64,000 bases of DNA from Haplodiscus bocki. Its lineage: Eukaryota. The position numbers and the translations under genes are program-made. The notes beneath the pieces are model-generated. The model made no database searches. It was not told the origin of the DNA and saw only the letters and a program-made list of their open reading frames with translations. Positions 12,774 to 27,200 of this stretch are shown in pieces (the first letter of the stretch is position 1; each line of letters starts with the position of its first letter). The stretch covers positions 7,502,001 through 7,566,000 of the forward strand of contig OZ296659.1 of assembly GCA_965655095.1 (NCBI GenBank), given 5' to 3'.

Positions 12774-15700
12774 CTGCACTCGACTCCTTGATGACAGAGA
12801 AGGACTATCTGAGGAGGGAATTCCGAAATCAAGAGTAATGTTGCCAATTTCTTCATCAGTCTGTCGATTTGAGATCTTCAGTTCCAATGTTTTGTCATGA
12901 AAGTGGCAAGAGTTGCCGCCACTGCTCGAAATTAATGAAGAAGGAAGATTGAACCTCAGGGAGAATGTGATCATATTGGTATCTGCAATTTATATTTAAC
13001 CTCTCTAGTTTCATTTGACTTCTGGCTAGTTAGCCGAAATCATATTCACTCCATCTACAGAAAAGAATGACAACTAGCTATAAACTAAGTTTTACAAGTA
13101 TCCGATAAAAATCGGCTTTTGACCTTGCTAATTTTATTGCTGAATTCTAATGAGCAAAATTTTCAAGCTCCAAATTGCTCTAAAAATATTTCAAGTTTTA
13201 ATCCAATTTCCTGAACTGACATTTTTTATTGAGACAGAATTATAGTTATGCAAAGAGCCCACATTCCTTACACTTGCAACTACCGTGTCAACGAACATAT
13301 TCCTTAAAAAGGCATTCGCCATACACACACCCATCTTGTACCCGTTGCTTAAACCAATTGTTTTCAGAAAAAAGTGTTTTCCATGATACTCGCTTGGGAG
13401 GAATCAAAATTTTCGGAAAGTTTGCCAATTCCAGGAACTTTTGTTGCAATTTTTGCTTCTACCGCTTTTCTTTCAAAACTGATTTTCCAAAATGTCACCC
13501 AAAAATTTGAAAATCCTCTTCAAGCCTTGCGGGTAGTGTTACGGGTTTGCTTAAGCTCATTATTCTTTACGGATTACAACTAAACATAAATTACAAACGG
13601 ATGATCGATTGTGCAGACTCAGTCAGATTTAAAAGTGCTGATTCAAAGTTCACTCCGCAAAATAAAAGAACACAAAGTTCAAACGAATCTGATGAAATTA
13701 ACTTTAATATGAACTAAACTGCCACAGGGTTACGTGTCAAAAGGAAAATGGTCCTAAAGAAGGCAGCGAAGTTTGACTGGTTTCCCGAAATTCCTTTGGA
13801 GTCGGCAGAGTGTTAATTAATGATCAAAAACTAGCAATCAAAAGTAGCTTCTTCAAAATGAGAATGAAAAAAAAGCTTTTTTTCGACTTCACTGAAGTGT
13901 ATTTCTGATGATAGGACTAAAATTTGATTAAAATGGTATTTGAATGGTACCTTTGCTTGAAACGTGTAGTTTTTCCAAGTAAAATGCTCGACTACGCTGC
14001 ACTTGATAACAAAAAAGTGCTTTGTTGAATTATATGAACCTTTGTCTTTTGGCACGATTATACTAATAAGATTCCCCGCTAACTTCGGGATATTCTCCGC
14101 CTCCTAAATTTGATGCAAAAAATATGATAGCTATTTTCGGCAAAAAATTAATCAAAAACCAGCTAAATTAAAAGGAACCAAGAAACAGGCCTTTATGTAA
14201 AGAACAGGCAAACATTAGGCCCATGCAAAGCCCAGCTAGGACGATACAAAAATTGAACGAACAAGCTGACTAAAAACGATCTTTAAAACCCAACAAACGG
14301 AAAAAAGCTCAAGAGAACTCAGCTTAAGCTTGAAACTCCTGGCGCTCCGGCAACATTCACATCGATTGCAGGCTACCAAGCAAAATCACACATTTTTGAG
14401 CACCTCTAAATTGAACCAAATTCTGGAAACGCCAACTTTCTGACATTTCCAGCAACGAAAACCCAATCAAAAACGAATAAAACCCGCATGCAAGTTTCAT
14501 GTACCAAGTTTCATGTCAAATTCAAGATTAATTGCACGTTTAAGCATCAGTTCATAGCTTTGTGAATTTCGGAAAGATCCGTAAAAAGCTAACGCCCACC
14601 CTGTACTGAAAAAAAAACGCGCAAACCATGACCAAAATCAGAAGACAAAGAAATAAACGGTTCGAAAAATGCAGGGCGATGTACTTCAAAACTCGAAGGC
14701 AATTGAAAACTGGGCTGCCAAGTTGCAAGATATTAGACACTTCTCCAGTGCGGAGGATTCCTCGCCATCAAACCAATTTAATAGACACGCGCAGCTGCGC
14801 CTCGCAAACACTTGCCAAACCTATGAGAAAAAATCAGTAACAAAAAAAAACAAATTCAGATTGGAATTCAATCTTCACTGCAGTTGTCACTTCATTCGAC
14901 TCAAATTCCTCAAAGCTACTCAACAAAAAAAATAGGCCATAAATGGTTGAATCAGCGATGAATGGAGCTATTCCGACTAGCCATTAAGAAAAACATTTTT
15001 GACCAATGAAAAAAAAACTATTTTCATTTTGATCTACACGTCAAAGTGTTTCGCAGTAAAACCTGAAAAATCTCCGATTTTTATATTACAAGTCAAAATA
15101 TTTCCCAACAAAAAATGAAACACACATCCAACTACATCTCCAGGCTACAGGAAGTTGATTCAGCGCGACAACTATTTCTGGAAGCAATTTTATCGAACAA
15201 CAAGTAAAATAAAAGCTGCGACCTGCCTTGATTTTAGGTCGTTTTCGCAAGAAAAACCAGATTCGGCATTCCAAGCGACCTTATAAAGCTTGTAAGGGGA
15301 AAATGATAGATACAGCGTTGGGTAGAGTCAATACGAGCACTGCTCACCCACGAAAACGTTTCTAAACTTCTCGGATTTGGAACCAAAATTGAAAAACGGC
15401 TTTCCCAGCAACTCCGCAGACACTCTACACCAGAAATAGTTCAAACAACGCAGGTAGTCAATCCTATAACTAGGCATTGAAAATGACATTTTTGAAGAAC
15501 AAAGAAGGTAGAAGAGTAAAAAAAATCTTCGGCTGTTCAAATACAATCAAAAAACTTTTTGCGAAAAAAGTCAAAATGAAGCATTGATGTTACCCAGCAG
15601 ATCCTTTAGGCCATGAAAAATTGAGTAAGCGCGAGAGGGAACTAATTGACCACTAATTACTGAAAAAAATGACTAACAACGAGAAAAAGACGTCTTCGCA

Positions 15701-17847
15701 TTTTGTATTTGAATTGTATTTGAAAATCGAATTTTTGAACAAAAATGCATTTAAAAGAACGTATAAAAAATCTAATTTTCAAATTCTATTTACTGCAAAA
15801 AGCATCAAAAAACTTGATGAGCGATCAAAAAGGCGATTTTTTCTCTCTCAAGTTGATAAAATTACCATTCAAAACGTAATGTCAGAAAAATGGATTTCAG
15901 TTTTTCAGATTCTGAAACTGCGCCTAGGCCCAGGAATCAACAATTACCAAGGTAATTTCCTGCCCTTTCCAGACAAGCAAGCGAGTGAACTGACGAACAG
16001 TTTATGTGACTTTGTACCGGACGGGAAAAAGGAAAGTAGGCTTAAGAACAACGGCTTCGCTTGATTGGCTCATCACAGATGCGAAGCTGCGCTTCACAAC
16101 ACTTGCGAAACTGTTGAACTGATTTAAATCGCAACTTGAGAGAACAAATCTTGGGGTCTACTGGTTACATCAAGATTTTTCGGGGGTAAAAAGACAAAAT
16201 AGACCATATCTGCTCCTTGGCAGGATTTCCGTGTACTGGGTACTTGAATTACCTTTAGATGGACGTAATCTGACCGTTTAATAAAACAGTTGCAACTACA
16301 GGTGAAGATAAAAGTTTTTATTTTTCAATTGAAAACGAGATTATGCGGACTAAAAGTACGAAATTCACCATCATTGCTACTTCATGCAAACTCAAAGCTG
16401 CTAGTAGTCGAATCGGTGCTGGAAGAACACAATCGGACCAACAGCTTTGGAGAAGATCATTTCAATCAAACAATTCATGAAAATTCAATTGACATTCCAA
16501 TTACAAGTTATATTTTTTTCGCATGAATTCAGATAAACAGGCTCTCTCTGCCAACCCAGAGTGCACCGTGTTAACAATATTTAATACCATCCCAATTAGT
16601 CTCGGCTTGGCGCTATCTGATCAATTTTTTTGATCAAAAACGCGTGGAAACAAACTCATAGAAAAAATTGAAATTTATAATTGTTATTACAAAAAGCATA
16701 AAGAAACTTCATGAGCGATAAAAAATGCGGTTTTGATCATTTCAAGTTAATTCAATTTAGTTTGAAAATTTCATATGAGAAAAAAATGAATATCAATTTC
16801 AGGCATTTAAAGAACAGGGCTGAACATTTACTATGCTAATCGCTATCCATTTCAGCGGTCCCATGAGATTCGTGCCAATTTAGTAATATAATTGTAACAA
16901 TTCATATTTATAACCATCTGGCTCACTGCAACAATTACTTACATTAGTAATTTTCCGCACTTTTCAGAAAAGATTGCTCGACATTGTACCAGACTAGAAA
17001 AAAAAACAAAAAGTCGACCTTAAAACACTTGCTTCACTCACTCGACTCGCAAGTGTAATGAATGCATACGACCGCGCAACATTTATGGAGTGATTCTATC
17101 AAAAAGTTTGAAAATGGCTAGGGTAGACAATGGATTCCAGCATTTTAGTAGTAACAAGATCATCGAAGGCTGATTACCCACAGACTTCTACTATGATTTC
17201 AATCGTCCATCGGCATTGGCCAATTTAGTGTCTCAACTTTTAATTTTCGAAAACGATATTCACAGTACGACACAATCACAAGCCCTACATCGACCAATCT
17301 AATAAAAAAATCAAGCGTGAATTTGAGTTAGCAATGAGAAAAGACTCCACTAAAAATTTATGGCTTAAGGATGCTAGGCATTAAGCTCTACGAAATCAGC
17401 AATTAAAAAAATCAATTCCTAAAAAGCAAACACAAAACTGTATGGGAAGTAAACAGACTAATTTCAGAGGAAAGTTGACTTGGCAGTCAATCGACGGCGA
17501 AGTGAATGATTTTTCAGCAGCACTTGAGAGAGAATTGAAATACTCAATAGACACTTCACTAGCATACAAAAAACAGAAAAAGATATGAACGACAATTACA
17601 TAAGTGGGGGTCCCAAAAAGTAAGCATAGACAAACTATTCTACACTCGCTAGAATTTTGATATTCTACTCACCGTAGCTTTGTAACTCTGCCCGTCATTC
17701 ACTGCTGTTACCGACCGGTTGAGATAAACCGTAGACAAGAAGTAGATGCATTAGGCTTTAAGCTATCACTTAATGCCATATGAGCGCAACTCAAGAACTT
17801 CAAACTTTTCGATACTGCTTTTTTGAATCAGATTCGAGAATCATTGT
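12774..17847 (-). CDS. Partial host gene (candidate exons 17847-17673 and 12982-12774), unknown product
   Basis: Clean tttttgcag...gtgagt and ttgcag...gttaga boundaries; second exon encodes TNMITFSLRFNLPSS...TLELKISNRQTDEEIGNITLDFG. The exon phases do not join directly, so the model is incomplete. Confidence 0.4.
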
Positions 17848-18235
17848 CTGCAAAAAGCATCGAATGTGGTCGGAAGTTAATACAGAAGCAATAACTTGGA
17901 GGATTCCTCTTTAATTAAGGTTTACGCTTCTAAGATGAAATCATCACAAAAAAATTCTTCGACGTCCAATTTCAACGAGAGTTTCAGCTTCGACAAAAAA
18001 TTATATCAAAAAATTCTGCTTGTGATGAAATTGATAAAGTAGTTCAACAAATATTAAATTTATTGGCCGGTGATAGATTTATACATCTTCTAACATTTCA
18101 TATAAAAGTTTATTAAAGTTAGATCAAACGCATTCAATTTCAGCTACTTGGGTTGAGTACACACACCTTTTCCATATTTCCATAAGAAGGGATTTTTCAC
18201 CAACGACTTCCCATTACGTCATTCCTCTCGGCCAA

Positions 18236-21200
18236 TCAAATCGAGTCTCCGGCCAGCAAGTCATTGGAATAAACAATCGTCCTGAAAAAATCGTCTATAA
18301 CCGCTAGATTTCAAATTCTATTTTATAACGAAACCCCACAAAAATCTTCTACTTTTAAATCATTAAGAACGTTATAACAGCACTTTTCTTCATGTGTTGG
18401 GGAAACGATGATCTGTCTCACAATTACATCATTATATTCGACAATAAAAACTGAGGATCTTTGATGTACACGCCTGTCACTCTTCGCAAAACTGGTGTCC
18501 AAAAAACCTATCAATAAGTTGGCTTTCTTTTTTCTGAACTTTGCATACTTTACGGTAACTCTCTACGTGAGCTTTTCTTCATCCACTTCGGCCCCATGTG
18601 CATAATTGTAATGCAGTCTCATTCGTTTCACAGAAGTTGTCTTGTAATCGCAAATTTCGCAACTCAGCGTCTTCGTATTGCCTCCGCTGTTGTTGTTTGA
18701 ACTTTGTTGAGATGATGATGATGACAATGGATTTGTGTTCGAATTGCGTGTTGCTTCAGAAGTGTTTATTACGTCACAACTTGAGCTCGACGGTGGTATG
18801 ACGTCAGTGATTTCAGGGTCTTCCGACTCGACGTCTTCGATTGGCAAAGTCGTGTGTCCCCCGGACTGAAAATGAATATCATTTTTTGTGTTTAAATGAC
18901 AAGGATGTCTTTGAAAGATGCAACCACTTTAAGCCAATTGCATTCAAACTGTAAATAAGAAATAGACTTTACGTGAAAACTTCCAATTTAATTATGATTC
19001 AACTTAGAAAATTATTATGGCGGCGTCAATCTCCGTCCAAACCAAAATTATCTTCAGCCTATAATATGGATGGAAAATCATCCACTCAACAAGGTGCGTT
19101 TTTTAAAGTTTACTTGCAAATTCCCCAAGGCAGAATGTCCGAACCAGACGATTCTGAATTTGACAAATTTTTATCACCAAATTATAGCAAAACTTGCCAT
19201 AGAATGTGACTGAAATAGTACGATTTCTCAAATAAGTACAAAACATGGTACATATGTTTTCGAAAAAAACTTGATTTTTTTTGAACATCAGTTAAGAAGG
19301 CAAATTTGCTGTAGAATGGGTATCAAATGATAATATTTCTTAAAAATGCCTTTTCCACAATATTTGTGGAGATTTTTTGCCAAAAGAATGGAAAAATTCT
19401 GAAATTGGAAAAATAAAATTTGATGAAAATATTTTTACTAAACAAAAAAAGTTTTCATCTTTTTAAAGGCATCCTTAATGAAATTGAAGGGCGGAAAATA
19501 TGCAGGTGGTAGCCGGCTGTCTTGTTACTCAGCGCCATATTCTTATGAATATGAAAGCAAAATCTTCCACTCCAATGGGCCATTTCCGACGTTTTTTTAA
19601 CCGATGTTTGCCAATTGCGTTCACGCCACATCGGCACGTATGTTCACGCTACTGAACGTGAAATTATTTTTCGACCAAACTGTAGCAAATTTGCCGTAAA
19701 ATGCGCCTGAAATAGTAAGATTCCTAAAAACGTTCGAAATTTGGGTCTTTTTTGAAAAAACAGATGGTTTCCCTGAAGGTGGCCAATTTGCTGTAGAATG
19801 CGTATCAAATGGTATTATTTCTTGAAAACATCATTTCCGCCCCAATCATGAGGTTTTTTAGCAAAAAGTCAGAAAACTTTGAACGTGGGAAAAATTAGAA
19901 AAATTGATGAGAAAAGAGTGTTTTTTCCGAAAAAAAACATGTTTTCACCTTTTTAAAAGCTTTCTTTACAAAAATGGGAGGCGCAAAATATGCCGCTGGT
20001 AGCCGGCCGTCTTGTTAGAAAAGACGTCAAATGCATTTTTTCTACGTTGACTGAAAAACGTCTTTCTTCATCGCAGCAAGTAGTCTCTTAAAATGAAAGA
20101 TATTTGAACCGGGTCCACAATTCCAGCCCAATCAAGGCTGGTCACCTAACCGAAATTTCCCCAGTGTTACTTAAAAACAGCCTACCGTTTCCTCAATTTC
20201 CAAATCAGTATTCCACAAACCGAGATTCATTAGCATGCTACATTTTTCACTACAGCAAACACTTCTGCCGCATCGGCAGGAAAAAATCTAAATCTTTCTC
20301 AAGTCTTTCTAAAGATCCGTTCATGTCTGTTAACTTCTAGAGTCACTGCTATTACGCTGAATGAATAAAGCAAGTGAGTGAACGAAGCGGATTCACTCGT
20401 TTTCTTAATTCGGAATGATCATCATGACGCCATTGCCAAAACAATAACATTCTCCCTTTTTATAGGCTCCTTTTTTCACTTATTTGCTTCGTTCTTTCGC
20501 CATTGACGTCAGAAAAATCTTGATAGTTTTGAATAAACCAGACACCCTTTATTAAATCTCCGTTATATTCAGGATTCTGCCATTTTGTCTTACTCGAGCA
20601 GCGTTAATGTTTGGGGCTGCAATTCTTTGTCCGCCTCTCAGAAGTGCCAGTTTCTACATAACTGCTTGTCACATGGCAGAGGGCTACACTAAATCATCAT
20701 ACACCGTTGCCTTGTGCGCAAAAAAACAATAGTACACTACTGTTACTACAAGCCCCGCGCAGCTTTCAAACGCACTATTATTCATATCCCAGATTTGACC
20801 TTTAGTGGATCAATCTGACGATGTTTGCACTAGTGACTTATCGTAGTTTGTCAAAAATATCCGTCTCGACAGATTACGAATCAGTGTTGGTAAACTTTAG
20901 TCAGCGGAAGCTAAAAACATTTTCAGTTGCAACTGTGTGCGGATATACGTACATAAAAAACTGAGTAAAACATTGCGTCTAGAAAGTTTTCTCCCAAAAA
21001 ACATTTTAAGTTCGACATACTTGCTAGTTTTGCCGCCCTTTGTATTTGATGTAACTTTAGGGCCGCATTTCATGACCTTGCAGCAGTAATTGTTCTAAAT
21101 TCATTAAATGACTGCTTTTGGTAGAATCTCGCTAATGCAGTGAGTCTCGTGCTCGAGCGCTTAACCGCAGTTCTTTAATGGTTCGATGCTAGGAAAAGTA

Positions 21201-24200
21201 GTTATTTTGCGCCATATTTTTCAGAGTATGACAGCAAAATCTTCCTCTCAAATAGATCCGTTTCGTTTTTACCCCGATGTTTGCCAATTGAGCTCGCGTA
21301 ATCGAGCCAACATCGGTTATTCAACTGTCTGAATTTTTTTTCATCAAATTATAGCAAATTTGCCGTAGAATGCGACTGAAAAAGTAAGATTTCTCAAAAC
21401 GTTCAAAATGTGGGGTTTTTTGATAAAAATAGACGGGTTTTTCGAAGAAAATTGAATTTTTTTTAGAAATCACTAAAGGTACAAATTTGCCGTAGAATGT
21501 GACTGAAATAGTAGAAAATTCTAGAAACGTTCAAAATTTGGTTTTTTTTTCAAAAAAATAGATAGGTTTTTCGAAAAAAATCTGGAATTCTTGTAAAATC
21601 ACTAAAGGTAGCAAATTTGCTGTAGAATGCGATTAAAATAGTAAGATTTCTCAAAACATTCAAAATTTTGGGTTTTTTGTTAAAAAATAAATGGGTTTTT
21701 TGAAAAAAGTTCTGATTTTTTTCAAAATCGCTAAAGTTAGCAAATTTGCTTTAGAATGCGTATCGAATGGTATGATTTAAAAATGTATTCTCCGCCCTAA
21801 TTATGAGGTTTTTGACAAAATATCAGAAAATTTTGAACGTTGGAAAAATTAGAAAATATGATGCAGAAAGAGTGTTTTTTCGAGAAAAAAAATCGTTTTC
21901 ATCTTATTAAAAGCCTTGCCTACAAAAATTGGAAGGCGCAAAATATGCCGCTAGTGGCCGGCCGTCTTCTCAAACATTCAACTCGGATTTTTTAAACTTT
22001 TTCCGAATTTGGCAAAATTAAAATTGGTTAGGTTAATTGGGTGAAATTGTATCACCGAAAACTAACAGCTAAAAAATTGAAACGTAACGTCACCACACCA
22101 ATGTTCTTTAAAATTTTTCACTGTTTCAGAACGCGCTCTCGGTACACAAACAATTTTAAAGTGTCCTAAATTATGCTTTGATAAAAGAAGACCCCACCTA
22201 ACAAATTACGAGACCAAATTTTACAGTCGCTCGCTTTCCACTCGATTTTTTTGTCGACTGTGAAAAAAGCACTTTGTCATGAAGGACCGGTATTAATTGA
22301 AGATGGAATGAACGAATTCCCACATTTGCTGTCAAGTACCTTTCGTCTAAATCTCAAGTTCAAGCTGTTTCAATCACAGATTGTTCGAACGAAATACGAA
22401 AACAAATCTGGAAAGGCGATGAATCCCTGTTGCATGCAGTTCTGACGAATATTGCTTACTTTCTCGAAATTAATTTTTTGAAAAAAATTCCCCTACTTGA
22501 AAGCTACGGAGGTTTTACGGAATTGGGTAATTTTAGCTTCGGCCACAACAATTGACCTCTAAGTTAAAACTTGCTATTAATACAAACAAGCCGAGAACAG
22601 CCACCCACATGCCACGAAAAAGAATTTTGGAAAAATGCCATAGGGAGACTACCATCATGAAAATTTTAATTGTTGCCGTTTCGAATTTTCAAAAACGCGA
22701 AAAAAAAGAAAAAACCTGACAGCATCCATCTATCTGTCATTTGGGGCTTAGATACTAAGAGTGTCCCACTTTTTGGTGAGCTCCGAATAAAATTCACCTC
22801 ATTAACAACCCCCTCAAAATTTCACAAAATTTGGGGAGGTCGCTGAATTACTTTGGTATAGAATAGTAGCAAAAAAATATTTGAAGGTCAAAGAGCTACA
22901 TTACCCAAAAATTGACATTTTAGTTAGTAACAAAATTTGCTATTACGAAAGGCAAAAGAGGGAAAAGTTCGAAAAATGGAAAATAAAAAGTTTTCCGTAA
23001 CTGCAACCAAAAGGTAGTCGTCCACAAGAGCACCTGATGGTAACTGCTGGCTTATCTAGCGTCATCTTACAGTGTCACAATACAGTTTACACTTAGCTAC
23101 CTTTGGCTATATCGCATGTCTGAAAGAACCCTTTAGGGGCTCGAATATCTAAACGAATGAATGAATGAATCATTAAAAAAGTTGTTCTACAGAAGAGGCA
23201 ACGAAATTGCGTCCAATGAAAAATATTTTACACAAATTAGACAGACAAGCATTTTATTGCCATGTTGGTGAACTAATCGTGTCATTCTAGCACTGAAGTA
23301 TCGAGTTTGAACATTTTCGAAACGCAAATTTTGTCGAAAATAGCCCACTTTTGGAGTTTTTAGCTTAAATTGAATGAAAACAATTTGGATCTCATCCAAA
23401 GAAGCGAATGATTGATCGGACTGTCGACGATATGATTATGCAGAAAATAAATGGCTTTAAAACACGGGTGGAATACACAGTACTTCGAACAAGGACAAAA
23501 GTATTCTCAGAGGTATTCGATTTTCAAATATCTTTGGCAAAAAACCATCAAACAAACATACCGACCGGAGCCAAAATTTGATATATGGCACATTGGTGTC
23601 TCTGTTTGCCGTTTATTTTAAATTCAGACAAAAGTCTCCACAAAATCAGTACAAATAGCTGATTTTCAAACTGCTTTCGTAAAAAACTCATCCGAAAACA
23701 TTCGGGCCGAAATCCAAAACTATCATGTGGATAAGAGTATTCTCATTACTTCCATGCAAAATTTCGGTGCTTTTAGGGCCTATATGCCAAAATGAAGGAA
23801 AGCGAAAATGAGAAAGTTACTCAGAAAAGCTAAAAAAAACTCATTCTATTGCAAAACAACTGATCGCAAAGTTTTCGGAACGCAACTAAATTAATATGTG
23901 ATAGATAGGTGGCTCTTCGTTATTCCAATTCAAAATCTGGATCAACTGCAGAATTGTGAACCAATAAATAGTGAGAACATCGGCACAAAGCCGATACTAG
24001 CTCGACTCTTCGCAGAAAACCCATGAGAAGTTTTAATGGCAAACAATTTTTAGTAAGCGGTAGATTGGAGTAGTTTTTGAAGACCAACGTTTCAATATAA
24101 GGGACTTCAATTTTACGAAGTATCTTCAGTATAACTCAAGTAGCTCAATTTTCAAAAGTCATTCAAGGAAAAGCTATTGAAAAACTGCCCGACCGCAACC

Positions 24201-27200
24201 AAAATTCAATATGCTCAGACGTAGGACCTTTAGCGCCGCAGTCGCGTGCTTTTCTGATTCTTAAATGGCAATGGCACATTCAGTAGACCATGTGACTGCT
24301 GCGCTAAAGTCCTAGGTTCGAGCCAAGGACACTCCCTTCTTTCCGATAAAATCTAGGAACAAATGCGAGTTGTGAATGGATAGGAAAAAAGTCAGCAGAA
24401 GATTGTGATACAACAATTGCTTGCGCAAGTTTACTCAAATTTACCGGGAAGGGTATTTGCCTCTGAACTTTCCATTTTTAGCATTATTGAAAACAGTTTC
24501 CGTCAACAAAGTGACGTAGAAATAAGTGGTGCAGTATCCTACGTAATAGTAGCACATGCAATGTGCTGACGGACCTCGCAGAGAGACACAAGAGTCCGCC
24601 ACATACTTTCAGGTCTGGAAAAAGTCAACGACGTACCGATAAAATCCTTCCTCTTCGATATTTCGAAAAATGAAAGAGGTATCACTATAATATCGAAAAC
24701 TTTCGGCTTCGATATTAATAATAGGTTTTCATTAAAATGTGTTTTCGAATGCATCATATCAGGATATCTTCACTGCTAAGTGGAAAATTACAAAAGCCGA
24801 GAAACGTTCAGATTCAGACAACTATTAGCTTTTCTTTGGAGAAAGCAAGTGTTGGATTACAATACAATCGAGTTATCAAAAAAACTCAATCATTAAAATT
24901 TATCCACCAATTATCCACAGCAAAAATCTGTAAAAAAATTGTAAAAATTTCGACTTCAAAAACAGACCCACCCGACAGTAGAAGTCAACAGCTAGACGAG
25001 AAATACGTAACCAACTTTTGGGCGTTTTACATGAAGTGTGGATAGAAGATGTTCAAATAATTCATTGCTGAATTACCGAATTATCATTGTTGCGAGTTTT
25101 TTCATCAAATTTCGCTGATTATTTTCTCTGAGCCGCGCTTAACCGATCAGATGTCATCTTTACGAAGAATAAGCGCTAATAGCTGCCGTATTTCCCCGAT
25201 TACAAGTCTCACAATGAAATATAGGATTCCCTGATTTTTTTCACCAGACAATGTCCCTCAATATAGCTTACTTGGAAGTATAAGACCCAAACACCCTCAA
25301 CTTTTCTCAAGTGAAATCAACAACGAAAAGATCGAACGTTGAACATTTTCATTGAATTAACCTCTTTGCAAGACAAATCGTGAAAATTATTGAACATATA
25401 ATTGTTCAAATTTCTCTCGTCACAAACTTTTTTTGACAAATAGTAGTGTCAATTTGAGAAATAGAGCTGTGAATGACCGAATTCTGCAAATCAAAATAAA
25501 TAACAGGCACCAGAATTGTGCTTTTCCACTAATTTTTCGCCTCGAAGTCAGCCACCGAAGAGCGAAAATGACGCGTTTGATGAACAACTACAAGATACCG
25601 TCAAGAAGTATAACGACAATGATTTTACGAAAACGATGATGGGCTATTCAAATGCAGTTGGTAACACCACCGGTGCAGTTACAGAGAAGTTTGGTCTGTG
25701 ACATAGAAACGAAATAAGACAAAGACTTGTCGACTGGTGTCTGGAAAAAAAATATTTGTATCATCAACACATTCTTCCAAAAGAAAACTGAAATTGGATA
25801 ATTGGACCAGCCGAGATGACATACAAAGAAATGAATAGATTACACGATAGTTCCAACAAAAGAAAGGAAACCCATTCTGAACGTTGACGCGTGTCCAGCA
25901 GCCGGCTATTAGTTAGATCATGCACCGGTCATAGCCCGTTTCAGGTTTCGACTAAAACTTGAAAAATTTAAGGAACCATGAAGCAGATTTGTTTGGGACA
26001 CCTGCAACTATACACAATACACTGTCTAAAGAAATCGAAGAGGTTTTCTTCCTGGAACCATTTTGACCAAAATGAAACAATTAGTGAGAACGCGTTTCAG
26101 TCGTCAAAGCAACAAAAACACTGGATGAAAAGGAACAGTAGTAGAAACTTAAGAACCAACCGCAGCAGTGCCACAGTCTCAGTAAAGTCGTTAAACGTTC
26201 ATGCAACGAAGCAGAAGAGAACTTTCTTGCTGAATAACGCCGTATAATACAAGCTTGGTAGACATTAACACCCAAAGTCCACTGAGATTCTTTGGGTGTT
26301 AATTTCTACCAAGCTTGTATTATACGGCATTATTCAGCAAGAAAGTTCTCTTCTGTTTCGTTTTTGTTGCTTTGACGACTGAAACGCGTTCTCACAAATC
26401 GTTTCATTCTGGTCAAAATGGTTCCATGAAGAAAGCCTCTTCGAAACCGTTAGACAGTGTGTATAGTTGCAGGTCTCCCAAACAAAAGAACTCACTGGAT
26501 GCTGCAAGGAATGGAAGTCCTTCGGAGATCTAAAGTCAAAAGAGTAATAACTTTGCGTCAATGAAACAGAAATCAATGAAAGATGGGAAGGATATATCAC
26601 TGAGTTATATGACGACCCTGCAGAGTAAATCAGCCGATAATCTTTCGAAAATCTGACATTGTATTCTTCGAACGAAAAAACGACGCAATCAGAAAGACAA
26701 AGTTGAATAAAGAAGCCGAACCTGATAATAACTACTCTGAAATGCGCCGTCCAATGGAAGATGATAGGGAGTTTTTACATAAAACCTTTAACCAAACTTA
26801 TGAAAGCAGCACAATCTTTTCCTAGTGGAAAGAATCGAAGTTTGTAAAACTGCCCAAAAAAAGTTCATCAAATCACTACGAAGATCATAGAACAATCAAT
26901 CTGTTTTGGAACGGCCCTACATTACTGACCAGAATCTACCTGAGAAGGCCCAAAGAAGAAATGGGAAGCAGTTTTGCCACTGCAAAATTCAGTTTCATGC
27001 CTGACAGCGGCAATAGATATGCAGTCTTCACAGTCAACAACATTATCTGAAGTCCAGTCGGATCTATAAATATGCTTCAATGATTACAAGAAGACTCTGA
27101 ATAAAGTCCAACACAACAACGAACTAATCCGCATTCTGAAAAATATAGGTCTAGACACCAAGAGACCTGAGACTACTCCAAAACACATATTATGACCAAG

